This document shows, piece after piece, positions 36,241 to 49,802 of a stretch of 64,000 nucleotides of DNA; positions within the stretch are counted from its first letter, which is position 1, and each line of letters starts with the position of its first letter. The notes beneath the pieces are model-generated. The model did not search any database, was not told where the DNA came from, and worked only from the letters and a program-made list of their open reading frames with translations. The stretch comes from Fimicolochytrium jonesii (taxonomy: Eukaryota). Made by a program: the position numbers and the translations under genes. Location of the stretch: the NCBI RefSeq assembly GCF_025526975.1, contig NW_026515670.1:496001-560000 (forward strand), read 5' to 3'.

Positions 36241-39200
36241 TCCTATTCCCACACTTGTTGTCGTTCGCTGTCCGAAAGGCCGCGCCGTCACAGCTGATGA
36301 GTGAGAGAAATGGAATCAGCCCAAAGGTCTGTAGGTCCGCAATGAGCGCTTCACTCTCAGAGCGGAAGAACCTTATGCAGTCGTTGCTAACCAACGGGCG
36401 TTGAGGCTCCAGGACAACTGCGGTATCCCGTATTACAGTACAGTAGCCAAGACGCCTTACCTTTCCAGCGAACGAGGTGTTACGTATGATCGCAACTCAG
36501 CAGTCGGACAGCAGAAACACCAGATATCTATTACTCGTACGTGCCGATATTGACACTAGGTGCGATGCTATGGTCGGCGTATCGCCTTGTTCTCTTGCCT
36601 TCGTTCAGACAACCTCAACCACAAGTGCACACCGTCTCTTTGGAAGTTGGGACAGCAGACACCAAGACGGAGCTAGGCGGGAGAAAAATAGCAACAGGGC
36701 TTGCAGTTTTTTGCTCAAACTTCTCTTTGCACCTCTATTATTATTAGACAACACTCGGGCCCGGACTCCCCGGGGGTATGATATCAGCGAGGGGTTGTTG
36801 TTGGGTAGTGGTCGTTAGGGAGCATGTGCCGTGCGTTCCCAAATCATCCCAGATGCCAGCGTACTCTACAGTCCTATGAAAGGCGCACTATGGAATGCCT
36901 TAGTCACGTGACCGCATAGTGGACAGTGCGACAATGCGACAATGCGCGCAACACTTCCACGCGCGGTTGTGACAGATGCCACGAATTTGAAAAAAAAATG
37001 AAAACTGCAATCCATGCAAATTTGCCCATCTTTCGGCGCCCAAACGAATCTCACAAGATCGCATTCCCCACCATCGGCGCACCCCAAGTATCCAAAAATC
37101 TAGTGTCCAGGGTTGAAGTCAATGAAGTAGACCGAAGAAACGAAAAAAAGCGAAAGGCGAAAAATGAAAACCCGGTGCATACGCAAATTTGCATCCTGGC
37201 CGCCCGTCACTATGGACTCACTGTCGACGCGGCAAGTGTCCCACAGCACGGCAAGCGTGGACTGGCGACGCTGCGGGCTGGGCTTCTTGCTGCGAGATTC
37301 GGGCTTCCGATCATACATACCCTCTCGGCAGCGTTGCCCGTCAAATTGCCCGTCGGAGCTTTATGTATGTCCGCCGAAAGCGTCACATGGGCGTATGCCC
37401 CATTGAAGTCATCATCCGGTGCTGTCAGGACTGAGTACTCGTTTAGTGCCAGAAGACGTGTTCCTCTCAGACATACCTCGGAAGCCTAGGCTCGGGATAA
37501 TTCCGCGCTATAGTGAGGCCCAAGAATCGGTGATGCATCCACTCCGTCGAAGGCTGAACTTCAAGTTCCTGCCACCTATTTTCGGTTTATAGCATAATGG
37601 AACGCATGAAAAACATTTCGTCTCCGTCTGAGAGGACTGGCTAGGATGGGTCATTGCTGTCGACGATTTCGTCTTTCTCTCTTCGCAATGACCGTCGATG
37701 TCGTCGCCAAATTCCCAACGCGGAGTTCGCGTCGCTCAGCTGCTTATCAAACACGCGTCAGAACGTAACCTTTACGCGATACGCGTTTTCCCCCATAACC
37801 GTTTATTTCACGATCAGGACCGTCCCCTTTTCCTATGTCGGATTCTCGGGCTCAACTCTGCATGCTTCAGCTAAAGTCCAGTGATATTATGTCTGACGCT
37901 CTCACACTGGTATAAAAAGAGCCGGCGCCCGATTGTTGCTCTTCCACTTTTTTTTTTGATCTGTAGGAAGTCTGTTGCAGCTCCTCCATCTACCTCAAAA
38001 CGGTATACTCGGACTTCACCAACCGGGTGGATGTCTGTCTCTCACTACCTGGCTTGCCTTCCGATTCTTGGTTTGTTCGTTGTGTATTTTGTTTGGTCAT
38101 CTTCCTTGTAAGTAGGCTCGATCGCATGCAGACAAGCGCCATTCCGCCGATATGCCCGCGACGAAAGCAACTATATTGAACGGTTCCAACTGCTAACACA
38201 GTGCTCCCTCCCTCCTACTTCAACACCTTCCCTTCTTTCGCGTCGTGCACCTCGCCTGGCCGCAGTTTTTACGAGTTCCCGGAAACCGTCATCAACCCCA
38301 TTTCAACGGTTTCCGATATGTTTTGGCGAACGCGTCCAGAAGTCTGGGTTGAATCATAATTTTTAAATCGTGTTGCATATTCCGACAGCATGAAACGCTG
38401 AGGGTGCCTGAAGACTCTGGTCTCTGCCAGTACCCCTGAAAATTAAGGCGCGTGCTGTGGCCTTTCCAAAAGAGAACGGGATTGCTAGTGCCAGCGCCTG
38501 GCAATCGCAACTCATCCCCACCTTGATCGCAGTATGCGGCAGCAGGCCGAGTTCTCAACCAGTCAGCTCGCTGAAGGCAGGAGGAATTCCCCGAACCTTC
38601 AGCGTGGCACTGCAGGTTCGGTGCACAGGGTATTGGGCGATTCACTGACCCTTTGGCAAAACAGTTTTTACCTCGATCGGCCGAAGTACAAATACTCCGA
38701 CTGCTCAAGCACCTAGAATGCAGCACAAGTACATGTAGAATGCCCCAGTCATGCCCCTCAAGTCCGGACGCGAATGGGCATATGGCTCGTTTTGGGGGAG
38801 CTTACGCGTTTTGCCAGTTCAACGCGTCTTTTGATAACCAAACTCCGCTGCCCCGCTGCCCCGCTTCTATTATAAGAACGCGTGCCAATTCTCCCTAGAC
38901 CAAATAACCTCTACATCGACATTGAGAGGAAGCAGAACAGAAAACAGGTCTGGTCAGAACCAGCCAATGCACAACATTGTTACCCTGTACACACAAGGGT
39001 GATTACTTACTTGGGATGGTGGTTGTGAAATAGGAGTGAAGGAGGTCGATTCTCGGCGGGAATGGGGTGCTATTTATTTGGTCGGTCGGAGGCGCCTCTT
39101 GTTGGTGACAGGGCTCGCTTACCAAATCACGCGTTCCTTTCATTGTCGCTTCTTCTCCATGCACTTTCAGATTCACCTTCTCACTTTCTTCCAGTCGTAT

Positions 39201-39350
39201 GTATCTATCATTTTCTATCTGCTCGTCTTCAATTTTCTGTCGTTTTCCTTTTCCGCAACGAACTTGTGCTATGAAAGGAACTCCCTCATACGACCCATCC
39301 CGAGGAGGTTCGTCCACTCGACTGAACCCAGATTATCATCGCCCCCAACC

Positions 39351-40040
39351 ATGTCCGACAATCTTCCCAGCAGTCGCCTCGATATCGTTCAGTATTTACA
39401 GGCTAAGGACGATATCCCCTCGGTGAAGCGTATCCTCTCGCTCCATCCCGACATAGAAGGATGGCCGGAGTTCTATATCGGCCAACACCAGACTAACTGC
39501 TGCGTGCTCAACATACTACTGGAAGCCGGCGTGTTACCAGAAACGCTAGCTTTGTACTGGTCAGCGCTGACCAATAACGATCATCTGGTCTTGGAATTTC
39601 TTTTGCGACACCGTGCATCGGATGCAGACGAGTTCTTCTTCAAAACGGCCGTGAAGAGATCATCAGAGGAGATACTCAACCTGATGGCTCGGTATCAAGA
39701 TCCTGGGCCTTACCTTCCGGAGCTTGCACCTACCATGGAGGAAGAAGGAGTACACTACAAAGAAGGACATTTTGTGAAGCCAGACAGGGTAGAACCGGGC
39801 TTTCTCGACGAGCCATGCACCGAGGACGAGGCGAGAAAAGCAGTTGATGGAGCTGATAGCCCAAAGGCTATACAGCAGTTTGCACTCATTTACCCTGAGT
39901 TGTTCTCAGAGTTTCTTCTCTCTAAACGGAAGAGGAGACCGGTCATCATACAGACTTTGGCCATACTTGGATGTCCTGGAGTAAGATTCGAACCTCATAT
40001 GTGCGATGCTTACATGATCATAATAGAGCTGTGCAAGTAG
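39351..40040 (+). CDS. Intronless degenerate ankyrin-like helical-repeat ORF (may be a truncated pseudogene)
   Basis: Segments RLDIVQYLQ, VLNILLEAGV, ALYWSALTNNDHLVLEFLLRHRA, KTAVKRSSEEILNLM resemble ankyrin repeats. The downstream sequence looks like a broken continuation. Confidence 0.5.
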   Translation: MSDNLPSSRLDIVQYLQAKDDIPSVKRILSLHPDIEGWPEFYIGQHQTNCCVLNILLEAGVLPETLALYWSALTNNDHLVLEFLLRHRASDADEFFFKTAVKRSSEEILNLMARYQDPGPYLPELAPTMEEEGVHYKEGHFVKPDRVEPGFLDEPCTEDEARKAVDGADSPKAIQQFALIYPELFSEFLLSKRKRRPVIIQTLAILGCPGVRFEPHMCDAYMIIIELCK

Positions 40041-40909
40041 AAGAGTAGACAGAATCAGATTAGCAGCACTTGCATATCGTACATCTTACTACGAGACACT
40101 TACGACATTGTGAAGGAGTTTTGGACGTGTCGAATCGCGGGGTCGGGGAGAGATCGCCAAATTCAGGCGGGTAGACCACATGAATCGAGTCCCACTCTCG
40201 CCTCGTTCTTCTCATAGGTCTTACGCTGCATAGCCAAGGATTCCTCTCTTCGTTGGCCTGAAGATGCGCGTGAAGGCAACTTCCTTTGCTGGGGTCGATT
40301 CTTTGGCAAGCATCCAAATGTCCCTATCCCACGAAATGCCGGATATCTGCACTGTATCTCCCCTGCGGGCTAACAGATATCCCACTGAATCAGTAACCCA
40401 GATGCTTCGCCAACTATCCGATCCGAAGGATATCTGATATCCGAAGCCCGTGGGATGTGAGCTCGGCTTCTTAGTCATGAAGCGCATCCCACGAAGGATT
40501 GAACTCGAACGAGCCGGAAGGCGATGCTTTCACAGTGAAGGATGGGGGAAGACGCTGATCTCTCGTCATGCCCAGAGGGAAAAGACGGCCACGCTCGACA
40601 CCTCAGAAGCCTCCCTGAGTGCGATGGATGCCGGCGTATTCCGCTCGTCCTCCACACCAGACTCAGGCTTGCGTGTTGCAGTCCAGTAAACGGCATGACA
40701 CCGTATTTGCACACTTCTATCCCCCTCCTCCCAGCTCAGGGCTCGCAGGCTCAGTCATGCACGCTTGCGGTCGTATTTACCTATGTACAAAAGAAAACAA
40801 GTTGCCTGAGAGCCAATGAAGATGGGGTATAACTCTGTATAGGGGACGTTCATCCGGCTCTACATATTCCTCCCCATTCTATTTCTTCCCGGCCTTCCTC
40901 TCCTACGTA

Positions 40910-41299
40910 TCACTGCTTGAAAGCATTCGGAAACGCGCGCCTAGCCGCATCCACAGTCGACGTCGGGCTCGTATTAAACAAGATCCTGCACGACGGCTTC
41001 ACATCCTGAATCACCGCCACAATCTCCTCAAACCACAAATTAAGCTGCGGGTTCATCCTGATGCCGGCGCCGATTATGACCGCGTCCGGACGGTTTGCAG
41101 CGAGCTCGCGTTTGAGGTCTGTGGCGTTGGCGTCGGGGGTTACGGGGATGAAGCGGTAGGTGAGGTGGATGTTGGGTGAGGTGAGTGATTTTTTGACTTG
41201 GGCGAGGCTGGTTGCGACTTGTTCGCGCATGTTTTCGGGGACGGCGGGGTGCTCGCTGGGGAGGCCGATGAGGTAGACGGTGGGGTTAGGCGTGGTCAT
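40910..41299 (-). CDS. Small conserved hypothetical protein (alpha/beta fold; family recalled from bacteria and fungi)
   Basis: 129-aa intronless ORF from ATG 41299 with DAVIIGAGIR...WFEEIV...ILFNTSPTSTVDAARR. Confidence 0.75.
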   Translation of the reverse strand: MTTPNPTVYLIGLPSEHPAVPENMREQVATSLAQVKKSLTSPNIHLTYRFIPVTPDANATDLKRELAANRPDAVIIGAGIRMNPQLNLWFEEIVAVIQDVKPSCRILFNTSPTSTVDAARRAFPNAFKQ

Positions 41300-41494
41300 G
41301 GTGGCGGTCCCTTCTGGTGTTCCTGATGAGATGGCCCACGCTGGGTTGCCGGAAACGTCAAACGAAACGAGGAAGGAGACGCGTGGGGATAATCCATCCC
41401 AGCTTCCCTGTTTTCCCCAGGCGAACACAGCCGACGACAACCAACAACCGACGCTGGAACAACATAGGGGGCTTCACTCAATAGGCCAGCAGCC

Positions 41495-42131
41495 ATGTCA
41501 CTAGCACCTTCATCGTCAGCGCCCACATCGTCCGCCAACGCCACGGAAGCCTCGCTCAATGCCCGTCTCGACGCGGACATTGACGTGCTTCTGAAAAGTC
41601 TGACGCAAATAATCGCTTCCGGCACTGTAAGTTGAAGCAGTGCAACTTGGAGTTCTCTAGAAATACACCAGCCTGCTGTTCTTCTGTCACTTAATGAGGA
41701 AGCACTCAACCTATACCTAATTTCACTGTGTGTCTTCCATGGCAAATAGTTACGGCAACCAGTCCCGGTGGGCGACGCAGGAGGGGAAATGGAGGCCAAG
41801 GACCGGTACCGGATAGCGCAGGAGCGTCAGGCGATGGAAGGCGCAGCGGCTAACATCGTACGTTAGAAACCTCTTACGAGGCATTCCCACGATGTACACT
41901 GCTAACACTACCTCCTCGCAGGTAACCGCAACCCAATCCCTCCTGACGCTAACAACAGAACTGAAGCAAGCGCTGCAGCTGGCAGATCTGCACATGCTCA
42001 ACAGCACGATGCGCGCGCGGCTGGCGGTAGTGCGCGAGACGAGAAGGGTGAACAAGGCTGAGCTTGGACGATTTGCGGAGGAGCTTGGGGGGCTTGTTGG
42101 GGAGATAGAGCATGCGTTGGCGGGGGTCTGA
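41495..42131 (+). CDS. MED22: Mediator complex subunit 22 (Srb6/Surf5)
   Basis: Exons 41495-41626, 41750-41857, 41922-42131, all in frame. LNARLDADIDVLLKSLTQII...AAANIVTATQSLLTLTTELKQAL..DLHMLN. Confidence 0.88.
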
Positions 42132-43417
42132 GGCGGGGCTTGGAGTGAATTTTGGGAAGTCGGTGAAAGATGAGTTTGGGGGTAGGTCACGAATGGATTT
42201 TCATCCCCGCTAGAGTCGGATCTGCGCAAAACCGTCCGGACGACGGCTCAGGAAGCCTCAGCGGAACGGTGTGGGAGTTTTTGGATCGCCACGGCATCTC
42301 TCTGCCTGCTTGCGCGACGGCCCAGCGGAAAACTTCAGAGCAGCGGATGGTCGGGCCATCACGAAGCGAGACGCTGGCTGGTTTGTTCTCTGCAATCACA
42401 AGATGCCACGCCGGGATGATTTGGCACTTCCTTCGCCATCCTCCAGCCATGCGGAAACCTGTGGCGTCCATGCGAACACGCACAGAGCGCACCGACGCAC
42501 AACCGCGACGTGCAGGTCGTGCATCCCCACCTACGCCACATATTCCACTGGCAGCATTTCGGCGTATGAGGATGCCACCTGTAAGAAAAAGGGTACTCAG
42601 GCGAACGCCCTTTAGAACATACATCGTAGATATGCGGATGCCCACGGATGAGGAAACCGGGATTCATGAGCACTAACGGCGTGTCGGTCCTGTTGTGATG
42701 GATGCAGGGCGGGAGAGGCCAGTATAGGTGTTTCTTCGCACCGTTACATATTTCTTTGTCTGGTCTCGTGAGCGATATGGACAATATACCCCATATGCGG
42801 CTTTGAACTGCATTACAAGGGGGTCTCTCTCTTGCATTTTGTTCTCCATCTTACATGTAACGCAGCATGAAAGCGGAAGTATACCCGCCCGAACGTCGTC
42901 GAGTTTCGAACATCACTTATTCAACCATTCCGACGCCGGAAGAGCCAAGCAACCTGTGCGGTCGACCGACTGCCACAAGCAAGATCGTTTATAGACAAGT
43001 AGGCGAGAGTCGGTGGCGCTCGTTAGCGTCACTTCCCCAACGCGTTTAGGAAGCTGCGATTGCGGGAGCCGGCGACACTGCACATACGCGCCTGCGTTGG
43101 GCATTGGAAACGCAGGCATCGCACCAAGTTCCCAATTCCAACGGAGGGATTGCAACAAGGCCGGATATGGAGCAGCATCATACCGTTCACATCATGTGTT
43201 TCGGCCTTTCTTGGTAAAAACCGGTTTCTCTACCTCAATGAAGAGAGTAGCTCCCGGGTCCACGGTTACTTTGCCTTGAGATCTCAGTGACATTTAGAGC
43301 GCCCATGAAGGACTTCTCCTTGAGAGCAGCTTTCAACAATCCTGTCGACGCGAAGAGCAAGGCCGCTGCTTTTATATCGGCCCCGAGAGGACGGGGCTGA
43401 ACGTGCAGGCGGAGATT

Positions 43418-44193
43418 AGACAGTTTATACAAGTCGTTGTGGACGGTGGCGGGAACGAGTAGTGGCAACCCGAGAATTTGGTGCGGGCCCAGCAATCCGG
43501 TAGAACGAGTAGCCCCTTCCGTGCGAACGAGTAGCAGTTCCACTACAGTAGGTGGCCAGATATCTGGGTACGACGCGACGAGGACACATCATCCCGACCA
43601 TAGCCACCAGCAAAAGTCGCCGGCCTGCCTGCCCATCTGAAGAAGTACGCAAATTGACGGCACCTTGTCGTTGACTTGTGGGTTGCACACGGAGGCTTGG
43701 CGAACCCGTCGTACCCAGATATCTGGCCACCTACTGTACTCGTTGCCTTCCAACGAGTTGCCCATTTCACCATTTCCAGCAGCATTTCAACATTTTGACA
43801 TGGACGACCGTAGAAACTTTATTCTCCTATATTACCATCATCTCAGGCATCGCCAGACTGCTTTCCACGACCCTCCCCACCACCGTTTGCGCTGGGAAAC
43901 CATGGATGAGGTGCAGTTTTGACAATTTTTCAGCTTCCGCTGTTCAGAATTCCTCATGCTGGTAGAGGTCCTGCAGCTTCCAGCGGTGATCCACAGTCCT
44001 TATTCTCGCTTCTCTGCTGGTGGTATTTTTGAGCATATTTGAGAACTGCTCATCAATGATCTACTGTACCGCTACTACTCGTTGCAAGCTTGAGACGGGT
44101 TGTATAAACGTTACGACGAGAACGAGTACCCGATTCCCGGGCTACTCGTTTTAACGGCGAACTCGTTGTCGTCGCGGGCTGTATAAACTGTCT
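43418..44193 (+). mobile_element. Internally deleted PIF/Harbinger-superfamily DNA transposon
   Basis: TIR AGACAGTTTATACA / TGTATAAACTGTCT; 3-bp TSD ATT (43415-43417, 44194-44196); repeated subterminal AACGAGTAG/CTACTCGTT motifs; transposase N-terminal remnant from 43800 (WETMDEVQF*QFFSFRCSEFLMLVEVLQLPAVI). Confidence 0.8.
43546..43736. mobile_element. 191-bp Tc1/mariner-type MITE nested in the Harbinger-type element
   Basis: Perfect 30-bp TIRs CAGTAGGTGGCCAGATATCTGGGTACGACG (43546-43575; reverse complement 43707-43736) flanked by TA duplications. Confidence 0.93.
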
Positions 44194-44196
44194 ATT

Positions 44197-45330
44197 ATGA
44201 CGGTCGCGCGAGAGACGCGTTGCACCAGGTATTCATTGAGTGCACAGCCACCCGCGCGTACAATATAAGCTTCGGCGACCAGCGGACCCCAAAAGCGAAT
44301 CAGAGACACGACTTGGAGAACCGCGCTACGAACGTATCCGCCATCTACTATACGTTTACCGCTACCTTCAGCACAAGCTGGCGCGAAGGAAGAAGAACGA
44401 GTAAGAGAGGGTGCTCGAAGAACTGACGCTAAAGCGTGAAATCAAAAAGGATGTCCTTGAAGAGTATCGCGACTCCGATGACGAAGACGACCAAAGGCTG
44501 CAGTGATCTGGAAAAGTGGACGGGGGCCATAGAGACTTAATGTCGTCGATCGCATCCTGTGGGACAGAGACTTTGAGATGGCCGAGGATCTGGCTCCGCA
44601 CTACCGTCCTGAGGTATTGGAACAGGCGGGGATCGAGAAGGGGTATGTCGATCCTTACATGCAGATTGGCGACGAGGCTGCTCGCGATCGATTGTTGGAA
44701 TTCTGTATTGGCCACAATGAAAACCTACACCGCGCTGAGGCACAGGCGACTTTCGATTCGGTCGCAGCTGCTGACAAGCCCACGCTGACTGTCGAAGGCA
44801 ATTCGGGTTCGGCAGCTCAAACTCGCGCTTCGTCCGACAGTACAGTACCTCGACTGAGTGGCTTCCAGCGATCTCGGACAAAGTCTCAGCCTCTGCATCG
44901 ACTCCAGCTCGCACCGACAAGCGCAAGAGGGACGAGGAAGATGTGGAATCTGGAAACTGAGATCATTGACGAAACTAGAGTAGTCGCCCTATTACAACGT
45001 GTATCCCACTTGATCTTGAGTTCACCTTAGCCTTGAGTTCCCGTCTGATGCTCGTTGTAAGGAAATATGTTCGCTGTATATATACAACTGTCTGTATATG
45101 CCGGGGAGCTCAGAATAGAGAAAGCTCCTCAATTTTCTACATTGACGTTGCTCTTGCTGTTGATGGTGGCGATCGCATATGGGATATGGGCGATGGACGA
45201 CTCGTCTTCGAGAGCTGGTTTCTCGCTGGTCACGCTGGTTGCTCGCTGGTTGCTCCTTTGCCTCCTTCGGAGATCATACTCTGGATGTGGAGCCGGCTGT
45301 TCCCATGGGCACCACAGAACTGCGTCATGG
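44197..45330 (+). pseudogene. Decayed gene remnant adjoining the transposon insertion
   Basis: Protein-like fragments with stops and frameshifts (ERVLEELTLKREIKKDVLEEYRDSDDEDD; MAEDLAPHYRPEVLEQAGIEKGYVDPY...; a hydrophobic segment near 45130-45270). Family not recognised. Confidence 0.35.
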
Positions 45331-45711
45331 CCTAAAAAACCGGTTCATGGTCCTTCTGCTCACTCGTCCGTTGAACCGCAGGTCCGCAAGTCCCTACATA
45401 ATCCCAGTACATGCCCTTGTACTGTACGTGTCAAAGACACAAAAGCCTGGGGATGCGGCCAGCGTTTACTCCAAATCCGTGCCCACTTCCGACACCGAGC
45501 AATGACGAGCCACTCAAAATATGTTGATCAAGGAACCTATGTATATTTTGTGTGGAACAACAAGGAACAACGCGAGCAGAGACGAAAAAAAGGAGCCTCT
45601 TCCATCTGTCCCGCCGCCCGGCCCCCCCGGCCAGACACCACGCGAACCATCGACGATCGCATGTGTGCCCGTCTTGTGTATGAAAAATCTGCCCAATGAA
45701 GGCCGAGTTCT

Positions 45712-46982
<1,271 letters not shown>

Positions 46983-47223
46983 GGTTCCGGATCTAAATGA
47001 GAGCGACACACGAACAGTCGATCAATAACCGGAATTCGTCGAGCACTTCGCCATTCGTCGTTCCAATTCCGCATAGATTCCCTCTCCTATGTCTCTCGAC
47101 GATTGTCCTTCTCTCTATTTCGTCCGCTGGTGACAATCCTCCCAGTATCCACCACCATCTTATCCCATGACTTCCTCCATTATTGAGTTCAATTCCTTCA
47201 AGCCGACAATTCGCCATGACAGT

Positions 47224-47260
47224 CCATCCATCCACCGATCCATCCATCCATCCATCCATC
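47224..47260. repeat. Imperfect (CCAT)n microsatellite upstream of RPS5
   Basis: CCATCCATCCACCGATCCATCCATCCATCCATCCATC read directly. Confidence 0.8.
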
Positions 47261-48204
47261 GGTCGTGAAATCGGGCATGTCGCATATCGTTCTGAGCCGT
47301 ACGTTCTGCTGTCGTCGTCGTTCGTGTGTCGTGGGGTACTGAGCGGTGTCGTCTTACATACCTTACGGGTTGGCTATAAGCGTATCGGAAGAGGCAGTTC
47401 AATATTGGCTGCTTCCATTGGCTCGCGATGTACGTCGAATTAAAATGCAGACAGCGGCGGCACGTGTCCCATTTTGAGTGGTTTAATTGAACGATTTTAC
47501 TGGGAATGACAGCATTTAACATCTGACAGTGCCACCGAAGGCATTTCAGACCAATTTCGAAGGCCGTATGGGCGAACTCCCCTCTATGATCTGGCCAGCG
47601 ATATATGAATGGCCTACTGCTGTTCTTTTCCCGGCTAGTGGGCCGTTTCAGGGAGCCTGATCAGGAGGTTTACCTCAGTCCGGCTCTAAGGACAAACCGG
47701 ATTCCTTTACTGGATGCGTGAAGAGGCCCTACTCAACAACGCATGCATCTTTTCCGACACAGGCTCTCGAACTTGGCAAATAAGGTGTACATACTTGTGT
47801 TCCCCTCGTCACTTGTAGAAAGCGGCATGAGAGGCGAAGAGCTCTGACTTCGGTCTTCGGCCGCGGCTCCTCACCTGAGTGTACTTCCAGCCCACATCCT
47901 CTAGACGCCCCAAGCCGGTGGCTTCAAACAGGCCGATCAAGCAGCAGGGCACATGTTCATACCAGTAATCCATGAGGGTGCATTGCAACTGCATATGGGG
48001 TTCAAAGACAGGCGGCGGAGATGCAGACAGAGAAACGCGCTCCCTGCTCCTTTCGGACACGCCCTTGTCGGATTCCCTCCGCGATATCTCTGGCCGCGGC
48101 GGACAACCGTGCCTGGCTTTTCTTCTTTCCCCCTCCACACAAACCCCAAACCGATCTCCCAAGGAAACCTCAACCCCGCCCCATCACCCGAACCCTACAG
48201 CAGC

Positions 48205-49802
48205 ATGTCGGACACGGAAAGCAAGGACCACCCCGCTACCAGCGACCACGAGGAGGAAACTTCAGGCGCTGATGAGGACCACGAGGACGCGGACCAATCT
48301 CACGATGAAGAGGCGGAAAACACACAAAGTCCGAAGGCGGGCGCAAAGAAAGAGAAGAAGGCTACCAAAGCAAAATCCCCCAAGACCAAAGCCGCCGCTA
48401 CTAGTGCCGAGAAGAAGAAGTCTACCTCCGCTACCGCCGCCGCACACCCGAAGTTCAAGGAAATGGTCGGCACCGCAATTGGCGAACTGGTACGTTCCCG
48501 TGTTTTCTCGCCACTCCGTTGGATCTTGAATTTCGGACACGAGACCTCCGTCTCTGCAAAAAGCCTTCGCGTCTGGGCAGGGGGTGGTTGTGGAATTCAT
48601 TGTGGAGGACGTTGCATTCAGTGGCAGCCTGGTGCCTAGGTCGGCCGACTTGCCATCGTCATCTGCGCATGTTAGACGCGTGGGAGCGGACTTGCTTGGC
48701 AGGCAACCCACTCGGTGGATATACTCGGCTCTAGCACGATGGACGTCGATAGTCAATGATCCACTGGGACCTCGAAACTGAACCACGACTCCTTTACTTA
48801 TCTCGCCCTCGTAGCACGAAAGGGGCGGATCTTCACGTCAGGCTATCAAGAAGTACATTCTTGCAAACTTCAAGGTACTTGCCTGGCTTTACCCAAATCT
48901 GCACTTCTAGGAGTACTTCTTCAACACCTCATCCTTCCTTCCCATAGAAGTTGAGCGAGCAACATGAGCATTTCATCAATAAGGCCATCAAATCCGGCGT
49001 CAAGAACGGCGATTTCCTGCAACCTAAGGGTGCCTCAGGTCCGGTCAAGCTCAACCCAGAGCTCTTAGCCAAGGCGAAGAAGGAGGCGAAGGATGCCAAA
49101 AAGGTCAAGTCCAGCTCCTCCGCCAAATCCAAGACCGATAAGACTAAGAAAAAGTCGAGCTCCACCCCTTCGTCCTCGGCTACCACCACTGCCAAAGCCA
49201 AGAAGGATGCCGCGGCCGCCGCAAAGCCCAAGGCGGAGAAAGACGCCGCTTCAGCCGCCAAATCCGTCAAATCCCCTACCAAATCCCCCGCCAAGTCGCC
49301 CAAAAAGGCTGCCAAGGCCACCTCGGATACGAAGAAGAAGTCTGCAAAGGCTGCTGCGTCCCCCGCGGGCAAGACTACCACGGCTCGCAAGGTAGCGGAC
49401 AGCAAGAAGGAGAAGGCGGCGGTAGCCAAATCCCCGGCTAAGTCCAAATCTCCCGCCAAGTCCAAATCTCCCGCCAAGGCCAAGTCGCCGGTACCTTCCG
49501 AAAAGAAGAGCAGCACGAAGGAGAAGAAGGAAAAGGCGGCACCTAAGGAAAACAAGGAAAAGGCTGCACCTAAGGAGAAGAAGGAGAAGGCTGCACCTAA
49601 GGAGAAGAAGGTGAAGGCTGCCCCGAAGGAAAAGGCCGCTCCCACGGAGAAGAAGGAAAGGGGTCCCCCGAAGGAACGGGCCGCTCCCAAGGAAAAGGCC
49701 GCCCCCAAGGAAAAGGCCGCCCCTGCTGCCATCAACGACAAGAAGCGGAAGGCCGCAGAGAAACCGGAAAAGGCTGCTGCGAAGAAGACCAAGAAGGCAT
49801 GA
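48205..49802 (+). CDS. HHO1: Linker histone H1 (single globular domain, acidic N-terminus, long K/A/P/E-rich tail)
   Basis: Exons 48205-48489, 48815-48874, 48948(or 48951)-49802. Globular domain HPKFKEMVGTAIGELHERGGSSRQAIKKYILANFK...INKAIKSGVKNGDFLQPKGASGPVKL. SPAK/SPKK motifs and KEKAAPK repeats in the tail. Confidence 0.95.

Noticed and set aside
39965..40020. GGTTCGAATC B-box/T-loop word on the minus strand (similar words at ~12512 and ~22992)
   Set aside because: The T-stem, D-arm and acceptor stem do not pair, so this is not a tRNA.
43920..43922. In-frame TGA in the transposase remnant considered as recoding
   Set aside because: More simply a nonsense mutation (e.g. CGA>TGA) in a deleted, non-autonomous element.
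49505..49730. Regularly spaced short repeats superficially like a CRISPR array
   Set aside because: They are coding KEKAAPK repeats of histone H1, with no unique spacers or cas genes, in a eukaryotic context.
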